Below, one piece after another: positions 9,401-17,008 of a stretch of 48,294 bases of DNA. Below the pieces are notes generated by a model. It searched no databases, was not told the origin of the DNA, and saw only the letters and a program-made list of their open reading frames with translations. Both the position numbers and the translations under genes were made by a program. Source of the stretch: Bacteroidales bacterium (lineage in GTDB: Bacteria; Bacteroidota; Bacteroidia; Bacteroidales; VadinHA17); assembly GCA_025454775.1 (NCBI GenBank), contig JALONU010000012.1, positions 1 through 48,294 on the forward strand. The letters are read 5' to 3'. The first letter of the stretch is position 1; each line of letters starts with the position of its first letter.

Positions 9401-9896
9401 ATGCCAGTCCCAGGCTGAAAAGTATCGTTGGGATGCATAATATTAAAAGGTATGCTATGTAGGCAGTCAGGTCTATCGTCATGCTTTTTGAAATGATGTT
9501 CATCAGCAGCCCGATAAGCAGGATGATTATGTCGAGACCCAGGAAAAGCCTCAGGATGCCTGCAGATTTTCCGATCACATATTCGAAGTTCGACATTGAC
9601 CTTGTGTACAGCACTTCATTGGTATCCACCTTTTTATCCCTTTTCAGGAAGTCGGAAGCCAGGAATATCACAACCACCGCCTGTGCTATGTTGAGAAGGA
9701 AGAGGTTCACAAGGGGCACAGTGGCAGGATTGGATATATACGACCAGTCTTCATCGCCCACAGGCGAAAACAGGCCAATGTTCATACTGGTGAAGATCAC
9801 CAGGGCTGAAATCGAAAAAAGCCTGAAGAACCAGCTTCTTCTCAAAGTTGTTGCCTCATACCTGGCTACTGTTCTTATGTTGTGAAGGAGACTCAT
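6402..9896 (-). CDS. ABC-2-type permease domain (about 7 TM, residues 1-280) fused to an ~880-aa extracytoplasmic region: M1-aminopeptidase-like but lacking HExxH, with Gly-rich inserts and a golvesin-C-terminal-like end domain
   Basis: 1164-aa uninterrupted ORF starting 12 nt after the ABC ATPase stop. Seven hydrophobic segments lie in the first ~280 aa and none afterwards. No HE dipeptide occurs anywhere, so there is no HExxH. Gly-rich tracts are encoded at 7283-7363 and 6624-6697. The CDS itself is secure; the functional call is tentative. Confidence 0.8.
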   Translation of the reverse strand: MSLLHNIRTVARYEATTLRRSWFFRLFSISALVIFTSMNIGLFSPVGDEDWSYISNPATVPLVNLFLLNIAQAVVVIFLASDFLKRDKKVDTNEVLYTRSMSNFEYVIGKSAGILRLFLGLDIIILLIGLLMNIISKSMTIDLTAYIAYLLILCIPTILFSLGLAFMLMSLIRNQAITFLLLLGIAALNMFWLWYRAGYIFDYMAFGLPVLKSTIVGFDNMDLILSQRLMYTFLGLVLVLATILLFKRLPQSKLHTTLTWTFMVVFAAGAIYCGFRTWSTYKGNVNDKALVIETNKIFENRNTVSLTSADISLTHKGRSIEASAGLIFVNDNRENLDKYFFSINPGLKVSEVKHHGTVINFKATGHIVEIEAPSPLLPGEKDSLTISYSGTIKESFCFPDNDDNPKDSPYRIDMMAVNKRQAFLSPGYLLLTPESYWYPVAGLNYYPTNPARIKVDFTEFSLAVLPPEGLVAVSQGSMIREGDWFRFTADSPLTGLTLAIGDYMSDTLKVDSVSYISYYYPGHDYYKKDLAELGDTLNLLVSGIMRELETSFSVKYPFRTLSLLEVPVQYFSYPKMSTQTRAELQPSMVLLPEKLSTLQNAGFGKQFSRQKKRMTRSNQVITDKELQVRLFNNFVRNTFISGENFRYRNGEAINEPVRYRLGPSFYFFRNNFYSSEYPVINAVFESHLQKVTLPAGGARSMMGTMTDNDKAYLILRESSFRDVLAMIPGSDTIRAVLTVKGDYLFNLMRARAGIEEFKTWFQEYMNLNKFKRVDILSMNEEMKNKFGFELYPYLSDWFTGKEQPGFIFEEPQASEILVGDRVRYMVTFVASNPEKVPGIFNVAFRTGGPGGGRGGGQMMMGMFQAGPGGGGQNITISMQGRGMEASDVSKIIEVGPGQAKQLSMILDAQPRAMMINTLAARNIPGEINIPLGEPKKLRSRNEDYREEEIVVPLPPQKLQGEIIVDNEDPGFISGVEAVQAPLKRFFGINSRRDDGYQQINMFWAPEHWQPVVQSTYHGTYVLSAVYTRGGTGDKSVTWNAEIKEPGYYDVYCFIGKQTGGSVRINVQRGGGPGGGGPGGGGPGGGPRGGPMGEQQGESPYKDMHYKIYHDEGVEEITVDFENAEGGWNKLGQYYLSPDSAKVELTNKSGGRIVLGDAIKWVKVN
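6651..6695 (-). repeat. In-frame 15-bp tandem repeat x3 inside the 1164-aa CDS, encoding (GGGGP)n
   Basis: GGGACCGCCGCCTCC at 6651-6665 and 6666-6680, and GGGACCGCCGCCTCT at 6681-6695. A partial copy lies at 6638-6650. Confidence 0.9.
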
Positions 9897-9908
9897 CAGC
9901 TGTATTTT

Positions 9909-10802
9909 TTATTCTGTTAATTCAGCATGCATTTTATGCTCCATGTAATAGACGTAAGCATGTTCAATATTCGGGATGATCGGAGCTGCCTCAAATTCCG
10001 GAACATCGTCAGAAACGACCTGAACTTCCCAGCCTGCATCCACCGGTATGGTTGAGATGACATTATATCTTTCCTTTGCCTTTTCATATTCATAGGGTGT
10101 AAGGTTCATCCTGAAAACATGGCCTTCGGCATGCCTGATCAGGTCTTCGGGTTTTCCCTCGAAAACAAGTTCTCCCCTGTTGAGGAGTGCCATTCCCTGG
10201 CATGTTGAGGAGATATCCCCTACTATATGAGTGGAGAGGATGATTGTCACGTCGTTCTGGCTCAGTGTGGAAAGGATGTTCCTGAACCTTATCCTTTCGT
10301 CGGGATCGAGGCCTGTTGTAGGCTCGTCGACAACAATTATCCTTGGATTGCCTATCAGGGCCTGCGCTATTCCGAGCCTTCGCTTCATTCCTCCCGAAAG
10401 CCTGTTCGCCTTACGGTCCCTCACTTCGAGGAGCCCTACCTGATCAAGAAGCCTGTCCACTTCAGCGATCCTTTGCTTCCTGTTCCTCATCCCGGCGAGC
10501 GAACCCGAGTAATCGAGGAACTCCCAGGTTTTCAGGGCTGTGAAGAACCTGAAATCCTGGGGCAGGTAACCCAGCATGGCACGGATCTCCTTCCTGTGTT
10601 TCTGGATGTCCTTGCCCTCTACAAGCACCACTCCCGAAGTGGGTTTCATGAGGGTGACGATTATTCTCATCAGGCTCGATTTACCCGCGCCATTGGGTCC
10701 GAGAAGCCCGAACATCCCATGACCGAATTCAAGGTTTATATTCTTCAAAGCACGGTTGCCATTGGGGTATATCTTGTTCAGGTCCCTGATCTCAATTTTC
10801 AT
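9909..10802 (-). CDS. ABC transporter ATP-binding protein
   Basis: 297 aa. Walker A GPNGAGKSS, signature LSGGMKRRL, Walker B IIVVDEPTTGLD, and H-loop STH. It is the first gene of the minus-strand cluster. Confidence 0.92.
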   Translation of the reverse strand: MKIEIRDLNKIYPNGNRALKNINLEFGHGMFGLLGPNGAGKSSLMRIIVTLMKPTSGVVLVEGKDIQKHRKEIRAMLGYLPQDFRFFTALKTWEFLDYSGSLAGMRNRKQRIAEVDRLLDQVGLLEVRDRKANRLSGGMKRRLGIAQALIGNPRIIVVDEPTTGLDPDERIRFRNILSTLSQNDVTIILSTHIVGDISSTCQGMALLNRGELVFEGKPEDLIRHAEGHVFRMNLTPYEYEKAKERYNVISTIPVDAGWEVQVVSDDVPEFEAAPIIPNIEHAYVYYMEHKMHAELTE

Positions 10803-10898
10803 GGGAATGGATTTGTTGAGGCTTTCTCCGGTTTATATGACTATCTAAAGACGGTCTTTATTCCAAATGTTGCACGAAATTAAATTAAAAACAATTCA

Positions 10899-10906
10899 TA
10901 ATTTTG
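10899..10906 (+). promoter_or_regulatory. Bacteroidota -7 promoter box (TAATTTTG) for the HD/lpx block
   Basis: Matches TAnnTTTG, 18 nt upstream of the ATG at 10925. Confidence 0.5.
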
Positions 10907-10924
10907 TCAGATTACATTTTTTGA

Positions 10925-12181
10925 ATGACGCCATACAACAGGAACAAGAGAAAAATCATCAACGACCCGGTTTACGGATTCATTAGCATCCCCGGTGATT
11001 TTATCTTTGATCTTGTTGAACATCAATGGTTTCAGAGGCTCAGGAATATAAGGCAGCTGGGCCTGACGAGCTTTGTATATCCCGGTGCCAACCACAGCAG
11101 GTTCCAGCATTGCCTTGGAGCCCTGTATCTTATGGACCAGGCAATAAAAACACTCAGGAGCAAGAATGTCGCTATATCCCCTGAAGAAGAGGAAGCGGCC
11201 CAGATAGCGATTTTGCTTCACGATTCAGGTCACGGTCCTTTTTCTCATGCCCTCGAAACTTCGATCATCAGCGGAATATCTCACGAAGACATCTCGCTGC
11301 TCCTTATGAAGAAGCTCAACGAGCAGTTTGAAGGAAAGCTTTCTCTTGCCATTGAAATCTTCAGGGGCACCTACAGGCGCAGGTTCTTTCATGAGCTCAT
11401 TGCCAGCCAGATGGATATGGACAGGCTCGACTACCTGAGCAGGGACAGTTTCTTTACAGGTGTTATTGAGGGAGCGGTAGGCTTCGAGAGGATAATCAGG
11501 ATGCTTAATGTGGTTGACGACAGGCTTGTTGTAGATGAAAAAGGAATTTATTCGCTGGAGAAATTCCTTATAGCACGCAGGCTAATGTTCTGGCAGGTGT
11601 ACATGCATAAGACTGTCCTCTCCTCCGAAAACCTGCTGGTGAAGGTCCTTAAACGTGCCAAGGACCTGGCCCGCGGAGGCCATAGCCTCTATGCCACCCC
11701 GGCACTGAAGTTCTTCCTCCGAAACGACATTGGTCCTTCCGATCTTGTGAAGGAGGGGAATTTTACTCCGGGCATAATCGCTTCAACATTCACGAGGCTC
11801 GACGATTCGGATATTCTTGTTTCGGCAAAATACTGGGCTGACGATTCCGACACGATACTTGCCAGTCTTTCAGCCAGGCTCTTAAAAAGAGATCTTCTGG
11901 CAATAGAACTCCAGAACGATCCGTTCCCGGATGAAAGGCTGGCTGAACTTAAAACCAAAACGGCCGGTATACTGAAACTGGATGCTGAGATGACGGACTT
12001 TTTCGTGTTTACAGGTCAGATATCAAACAGGGCTTATGCCCCGGAGGCGCCTGAAGTAACAATTCTTCTCAAGTCAGGGAAGACTGCAGGCATAGCGGAA
12101 GTGTCTGACATGTTCGATCACAGGTTCCTCTCGGAGCGAATCACAAAATATTTTCTTTGTTATCCCAAGGAATGCAGATAA
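10925..12181 (+). CDS. HD domain-containing phosphohydrolase (dNTPase-like)
   Basis: 418 aa. N-terminus [29 protein letters not shown] and [12 protein letters not shown] (HD motif), and [12 protein letters not shown]. The position upstream of lpxD is typical for Bacteroidota. Confidence 0.85.
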   Translation: MTPYNRNKRKIINDPVYGFISIPGDFIFDLVEHQWFQRLRNIRQLGLTSFVYPGANHSRFQHCLGALYLMDQAIKTLRSKNVAISPEEEEAAQIAILLHDSGHGPFSHALETSIISGISHEDISLLLMKKLNEQFEGKLSLAIEIFRGTYRRRFFHELIASQMDMDRLDYLSRDSFFTGVIEGAVGFERIIRMLNVVDDRLVVDEKGIYSLEKFLIARRLMFWQVYMHKTVLSSENLLVKVLKRAKDLARGGHSLYATPALKFFLRNDIGPSDLVKEGNFTPGIIASTFTRLDDSDILVSAKYWADDSDTILASLSARLLKRDLLAIELQNDPFPDERLAELKTKTAGILKLDAEMTDFFVFTGQISNRAYAPEAPEVTILLKSGKTAGIAEVSDMFDHRFLSERITKYFLCYPKECR

Positions 12182-12194
12182 AAAATCAACAATC

Positions 12195-13232
12195 ATGGAA
12201 TTTACAGCAGAAGCAATAGCAGGATTTCTAAATGGTCAGATAGAAGGAGATCCCCAGGTAAAGGTAAACAACATCGCAAAAATTGAAGAAGGATTCAGCG
12301 GAGCCCTCTCGTTCCTGGCAAACCCTAAATACGAGCACTATATATATACGACCAGGTCTTCAGTGGTGCTGGTAAACAAAACCTTTGTTCCGGCTGCGAA
12401 AGTTGAGGCAACGCTCATCAGGGTCGATAATGCCTACGAAGCCTTTGCTTCCCTGCTGAGGCTGGTTGACCAGGCCCGCCCCCGGAAAAAGGGAATACAT
12501 CCGTCGGCAGTGATAGAGCCGACAGCAAAGGTCGGCACGGGAGCTTATATCGGAGCATATGCATACGTAGGGGAAAACTGCATTATTGGTGATAACTGTT
12601 CAGTGTATCCACATGTATACATAGGTGATAACTGCAGGATAGGAAATAACTGCATTCTGTATCCGGGAGTAAAGATATATCACGAATGTGTTCTCGGAGA
12701 AGGCTGCACTGTTCATGCTGGAAGTGTTATCGGCAGCGACGGATTCGGATTTGCCCCTCAGTCGGAAACCGAGTTCATGAAGATACCGCAGCTTGGCAAT
12801 GTCATTCTCGAGGATCATGTAGAGATAGGAGCTAATGTTGCAATCGACAGGGCTACAATGGGTTCAACGATAATAAGGAGAGGGGTGAAGCTCGACAACC
12901 TGATACAGGTAGGACATAATGTTGAGATAGGGGAAAATACCGTGATGGCAGGCCAGACCGGTATTGCAGGCTCAACAAAGGTGGGAAAGAACTGCATGTT
13001 CGCAGGGCAGGTAGGTATTGCAGGGCATCTGAAAATTGCTGACGGGACAAAGCTGGGCGCCCAGGCCGGTATACCTGGCGACGTAAAAAATGATAATTCC
13101 ATCCTCCTTGGCTCCCCGGCTATCGACCACAAGGATTTCCTGAGATCATCCGTGGTGTTCAGAAAACTGCCCGAACTTAAAACAAGGCTCGACAACCTTG
13201 AGAAGGAATTCAAGGCCCTGAAGAATAAGTAA
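12195..13232 (+). CDS. lpxD: UDP-3-O-(3-hydroxyacyl)glucosamine N-acyltransferase
   Basis: 345 aa. LpxD-type N-terminal domain ([13 protein letters not shown]) followed by a long run of hexapeptide (LbH) repeats. It sits in lpxD/lpxC-fabZ/lpxA synteny. Confidence 0.9.
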   Translation: MEFTAEAIAGFLNGQIEGDPQVKVNNIAKIEEGFSGALSFLANPKYEHYIYTTRSSVVLVNKTFVPAAKVEATLIRVDNAYEAFASLLRLVDQARPRKKGIHPSAVIEPTAKVGTGAYIGAYAYVGENCIIGDNCSVYPHVYIGDNCRIGNNCILYPGVKIYHECVLGEGCTVHAGSVIGSDGFGFAPQSETEFMKIPQLGNVILEDHVEIGANVAIDRATMGSTIIRRGVKLDNLIQVGHNVEIGENTVMAGQTGIAGSTKVGKNCMFAGQVGIAGHLKIADGTKLGAQAGIPGDVKNDNSILLGSPAIDHKDFLRSSVVFRKLPELKTRLDNLEKEFKALKNK

Positions 13233-13347
13233 TTCGGTATCCTGTTCCAAAGGAAATTAACTGGTATTAACAGAGTTAAAGGGTATTTTTTTAATTTGTT
13301 CGAAAATTTTTATTTTTTTTGTACCGTATTTTAATGAACAGAGACAA

Positions 13348-14745
13348 GTGATGAGTGAGAAACAGAGGACGCTTGCAAAGGAAATTACCCTCTCCGGCAA
13401 GGGATTGCACACAGGAATAAAGGTAGACCTGACATTCAGGCCTGCTCCTGCAAACCACGGATATAAATTCTGCAGGACAGACCTTCCGGGTAAGCCCCTC
13501 ATAGATGCGCTTGCCGAACATGTTACGGACACTTCGCGGGGAACAACACTGGTTCATAACAATGCATCTGTTTCGACGATTGAACATGTCCTCGCTGCCC
13601 TGCACGGAATGCAGGTCGACAACGCGCTTATCGAGATGAACGGCCCTGAGGCACCCATAATGGGGGGAGCTTCTTCATCCTTCGTCCAGGCAATTAAAGA
13701 GGCAGGAATAACGGATCTCAGGGAGGAAAGGAGCTATTTCACCGTAAAGCAGAAGATCGCCTTCTCCGACGAAGAACACGGCGTCGACCTGATAGTTTAC
13801 CCCGACGATCATTTCAGCGTCAATGTCCTGATCGACTATAATTCCCGGATACTCGGGAACCAGTATGCCATTCTTGATTCCATAAAGGATTTTGAGGAGG
13901 AAATCTCAAGGAGCCGTACTTTTGTTTTCTTTCATGAACTTGAACCTCTTTTCAAGATGGGCCTGATAAAGGGGGGAGACCTCGACAATGCGATTGTCAT
14001 ACTTGAGAGGGAGGTGGAACAGGCTGAGATAGATCGCATTGCAAAGCTTTTCAACCGTCCGGGGATCAGCACCCATACTGCAGGCATCCTGAACAATACC
14101 GAACTCAGATATCCGAACGAGCCGGCAAGGCACAAGCTCCTTGATATCATGGGCGACCTTGCCCTGGTCGGACATCCGATAAAGGGAAAGGTTGTTGCCA
14201 CACGCCCGGGTCACTATGCAAACACGAGGCTGGCAAAGCTTATGAGGCAGGAGATGAAAAAATCACTGTCGAAGGTGAATATTCCCGTTTATGATCCTTC
14301 GCTGCCGCCAGTTCTCACACTTGAGGATATAAAGAAAAGACTGCCCCACAGGTACCCTTTTCTCCTGGTCGACAAGGTCATTTCAATGGATGAGACCACA
14401 GTGATCGGAATAAAGAACGTGACTTTCAACGAGCATTTCTTCCAGGGGCACTTTCCTTCGGAACCCGTGATGCCCGGCGTTCTGCTAGTTGAAGCTCTTG
14501 CACAGTCGGGAGGCCTTCTTATTCTCAATAATGTTGAAGAGCCCGAAAAGTATTCAACTTACTTCCTGAAGATAGACAAACTCAAGTTCAGGCATAAGGT
14601 GGTCCCGGGCGATACTGTCATACTTAAAATGGAACTCATCGAACCACTCAGGAGAGGAATTGTGTCAATGTACGGGCAGGCCTTTGTCGGGAACAACCTG
14701 GTTGTTGAAGGTGAAATGGTTGCGCAGGTTATCAAAAACAAATAA
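13348..14745 (+). CDS. lpxC/fabZ: Bifunctional UDP-3-O-acyl-GlcNAc deacetylase / 3-hydroxyacyl-ACP dehydratase (LpxC-FabZ fusion)
   Basis: 465 aa. The N-terminal half is LpxC-like (LSGKGLHTGIKVDLTFRPAPANHGYKF, HKLLDIMGDLAL). The C-terminal half is FabZ-like (HRYPFLLVDKV, GHFPSEPVMPGVLLVEALAQ). This fusion is characteristic of Bacteroidota. Confidence 0.93.
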   Translation: MMSEKQRTLAKEITLSGKGLHTGIKVDLTFRPAPANHGYKFCRTDLPGKPLIDALAEHVTDTSRGTTLVHNNASVSTIEHVLAALHGMQVDNALIEMNGPEAPIMGGASSSFVQAIKEAGITDLREERSYFTVKQKIAFSDEEHGVDLIVYPDDHFSVNVLIDYNSRILGNQYAILDSIKDFEEEISRSRTFVFFHELEPLFKMGLIKGGDLDNAIVILEREVEQAEIDRIAKLFNRPGISTHTAGILNNTELRYPNEPARHKLLDIMGDLALVGHPIKGKVVATRPGHYANTRLAKLMRQEMKKSLSKVNIPVYDPSLPPVLTLEDIKKRLPHRYPFLLVDKVISMDETTVIGIKNVTFNEHFFQGHFPSEPVMPGVLLVEALAQSGGLLILNNVEEPEKYSTYFLKIDKLKFRHKVVPGDTVILKMELIEPLRRGIVSMYGQAFVGNNLVVEGEMVAQVIKNK

Positions 14746-14749
14746 ACAA

Positions 14750-15523
14750 ATGATCTCAAAACTGGCTTATGTTCACCCCGATGCGAAACTGGGACAAAAT
14801 GTTACAGTGGAGCCCTTCGCATATATTGCGGGGAATGTGGTCATAGGTGATGGTACCTGGATAGGCCCGAACTCGACCATACTCGACGGCGCCAGGATAG
14901 GCAGGAACTGCAGGATATTCCCGACGGCGGTAATTTCCGGGATCCCCCAGGACCTGAAATTCAGGGGAGAGGATACAACAGCCGAACTTGGCGATAATAC
15001 TACTGCCAGGGAAGGAGTAACAGTGAACAGGGGCACGGCCGCTGTGGGAAGGACAGTGGTGGGAAACAACTGCCTGCTGATGGCTTGCTCGCATGTCGGT
15101 CACGATTGCCAGATTGGAGACAACTGCATTATCGGGAATACAACGGGGCTTGCCGGAGAAGTGAAAGTCGAAGACTGGGCTATTCTCAGCGGGGGAACCC
15201 TGGTGCACCAGTTTACCAGGGTAGGAGCTCATGTCATCGTCGGCGGCGGGTCAAAGATACGGATCGATGTGCCTCCGTTCATTAAAGCCGACAGGGACCC
15301 TCTTTCATACATGGGACTTAACACCGTGGGACTTACCCGGAGAGGATTTGAAAAAGAAAGAATAGATGAAATACACAACATATACAGGGCGCTCTACCAG
15401 AACAGCATGAACCTTTCGCAGGCGCTTGAATATGTTGAAAAGGAATTCAAACCATCACCCGACAGGGACTACATCATCGATTTCATCAGGAAATCTGAAA
15501 GAGGGGTGATAAGAGCCAGGTAA
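14750..15523 (+). CDS. lpxA: Acyl-ACP--UDP-N-acetylglucosamine O-acyltransferase
   Basis: The track ORF starts at 14660 inside fabZ. The ATG at 14750 (MISKLAYVHPDAKLG...) lies 4 nt after the fabZ stop and gives a normal LpxA N-terminus, followed by hexapeptide repeats and the helical C-terminal domain. Confidence 0.9.
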   Translation: MISKLAYVHPDAKLGQNVTVEPFAYIAGNVVIGDGTWIGPNSTILDGARIGRNCRIFPTAVISGIPQDLKFRGEDTTAELGDNTTAREGVTVNRGTAAVGRTVVGNNCLLMACSHVGHDCQIGDNCIIGNTTGLAGEVKVEDWAILSGGTLVHQFTRVGAHVIVGGGSKIRIDVPPFIKADRDPLSYMGLNTVGLTRRGFEKERIDEIHNIYRALYQNSMNLSQALEYVEKEFKPSPDRDYIIDFIRKSERGVIRAR

Positions 15524-15531
15524 ATACTGCT

Positions 15532-16572
15532 TTAACCACTGTGCTTCCAGCCCTGGGCAGTCAGCTCAACCTCGGTCCCGTCAGCTCCGACAAGATAATT
15601 TCCCGATCCCTTTTCCGTAATGTGTCCGATAACGGATACAGTGGGGATCTCCTTCAGCTTTTCATAGGCATCCAGGGGCGTGGTGAAAAGCAGTTCAAAA
15701 TCGTCTCCCCCGTTCAGCGCCGGCACAAGCGGATCGAGGTTGAATTCAGCAGCGACCCTTTCAGCTTCAATGTCGACGGGGATCTGCCTGCTGAAGATCC
15801 TGCATCCCGTGCCGGATGACTTGCAAAGCTGCATCAGGTCTGAAGCCAGCCCGTCCGTAATGTCAATCATCGATGTCAGCGGGATCGTTTTTTCTGCTAA
15901 TTCAGTAAGCACCTTAACATTGATCTCCGGCTTGATCTGTCTTTCAACAACATAATCATATCCGGCCAAATCAGGCTGGATATTCCTGTCCTCCTCAAAG
16001 ATCCTTTTTTCCCTTTCCAGAACCTGCAGTCCGAGGTAGGCTGCCCCGAGGCTGCCCGTAACACATATCAGGTCGTTGGGTTTCGCCCCGCTCCTCCGGG
16101 TAAGCTTTGCCTTCAGGGCATAACCTGTTGACGTTAAGCTTATTGTCAATCCTGTCAGCGAGGGAGAAGTGTCTCCGCCGGCCAGGTCCAGACCGTATTT
16201 GCTGCATGCAAGTCCTGCTCCTTCAAATATCTCATCTATATGTTCAACCGTGAATCTCGAGCTTATCCCCAGGCCGATGAGAACCTGCTCCGGGACTCCG
16301 TTCATGGCATAAATGTCGGAGATGGCCCGTATTATGCATTTATATCCCAGGTGCCTGAGAGGTGAATAAACAAGATTGAAATGTATACCTTCAAGAAGCA
16401 GGTCGGTTGAAACGAGGGTGTACCTGTCACCGGTATCAATTACGGCTGCATCATCCCCGATACCGATGACAGTTGATTTATTCTTCGTTGCAAACTTCTG
16501 GGAGATTTGATCTATAAGACCGTATTTCCCCAGCTCACTTATAGGGGTTCCGTTATTCTCAGCACTGCTCAT
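15532..16572 (-). CDS. thiL: Thiamine-monophosphate kinase
   Basis: 346 aa with the AIR-synthase-related fold pattern: IGDDAAVI, LVSTDLLLEGIHF, and GGDTS. Confidence 0.8.
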   Translation of the reverse strand: MSSAENNGTPISELGKYGLIDQISQKFATKNKSTVIGIGDDAAVIDTGDRYTLVSTDLLLEGIHFNLVYSPLRHLGYKCIIRAISDIYAMNGVPEQVLIGLGISSRFTVEHIDEIFEGAGLACSKYGLDLAGGDTSPSLTGLTISLTSTGYALKAKLTRRSGAKPNDLICVTGSLGAAYLGLQVLEREKRIFEEDRNIQPDLAGYDYVVERQIKPEINVKVLTELAEKTIPLTSMIDITDGLASDLMQLCKSSGTGCRIFSRQIPVDIEAERVAAEFNLDPLVPALNGGDDFELLFTTPLDAYEKLKEIPTVSVIGHITEKGSGNYLVGADGTEVELTAQGWKHSG

Positions 16573-16627
16573 CTGTATATTTCTGCGTTTATCTGTGCGA
16601 CCGGCGGGGGAAATTAATTCCCGCAGG

Positions 16628-17002
16628 TTATAGAGTAATTATATCCCTGCCAAATGGCGTCAAAGCCAGAGCAGTCAGTTTAAAATGCTGCCTGCCGAAC
16701 GGGATACCAACGATCGTGATGCAGAGCAGGAGACCGAAAACCGTATGTGTCAAAGCGATCCAGATACCTCCGAAAAGCAGCCAGATCAAGTTCATGATTA
16801 TATACAGGCAGCCGGAAGCCCTGCTGTGAACCCGTGTGTCCCTCCCGAAAGGCCATATTGCCAGACCTGCAAGCTTCAGAGTCTGGACGCCGAAAGGTAT
16901 TCCGACTATCGTTACTATCAGTGCAATGCTGCCGATAAGGTATTCAACGGCTATCACAAAGCCACCGAATAGAAGCCAGATAATGTTGCCCAGTATCTTC
17001 AT
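16628..17002 (-). CDS. yccF: YccF domain-containing inner-membrane protein
   Basis: 124 aa with two copies of the YccF repeat (IWLLFGG...IVGIPFG.Q..KLA..A..PFGR). Confidence 0.85.
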   Translation of the reverse strand: MKILGNIIWLLFGGFVIAVEYLIGSIALIVTIVGIPFGVQTLKLAGLAIWPFGRDTRVHSRASGCLYIIMNLIWLLFGGIWIALTHTVFGLLLCITIVGIPFGRQHFKLTALALTPFGRDIITL

Positions 17003-17008
17003 ATGCTG

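Noticed and set aside
6402-9896. Annotating the 1164-aa protein as an active M1 aminopeptidase
   Set aside because: The translation contains no HExxH and no GxMEN, so only a degenerate, non-catalytic relationship can be proposed.
10227-10883. 218-aa plus-strand ORF (and the shorter ones at 10231 and 10343)
   Set aside because: It is antisense to the ABC ATPase gene, whose Walker and signature motifs are unambiguous. It has no recognisable motifs of its own.
13348-14745. LpxC-FabZ gene fusion as a novelty
   Set aside because: This is a well-known, lineage-typical fusion in Bacteroidota. It is useful only as a taxonomic marker.
14660-14749. Upstream start for lpxA proposed by the ORF track
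   Set aside because: It would overlap the fabZ end by 86 nt and add a non-LpxA N-terminus. The ATG at 14750 gives the canonical N-terminus 4 nt after the fabZ stop.
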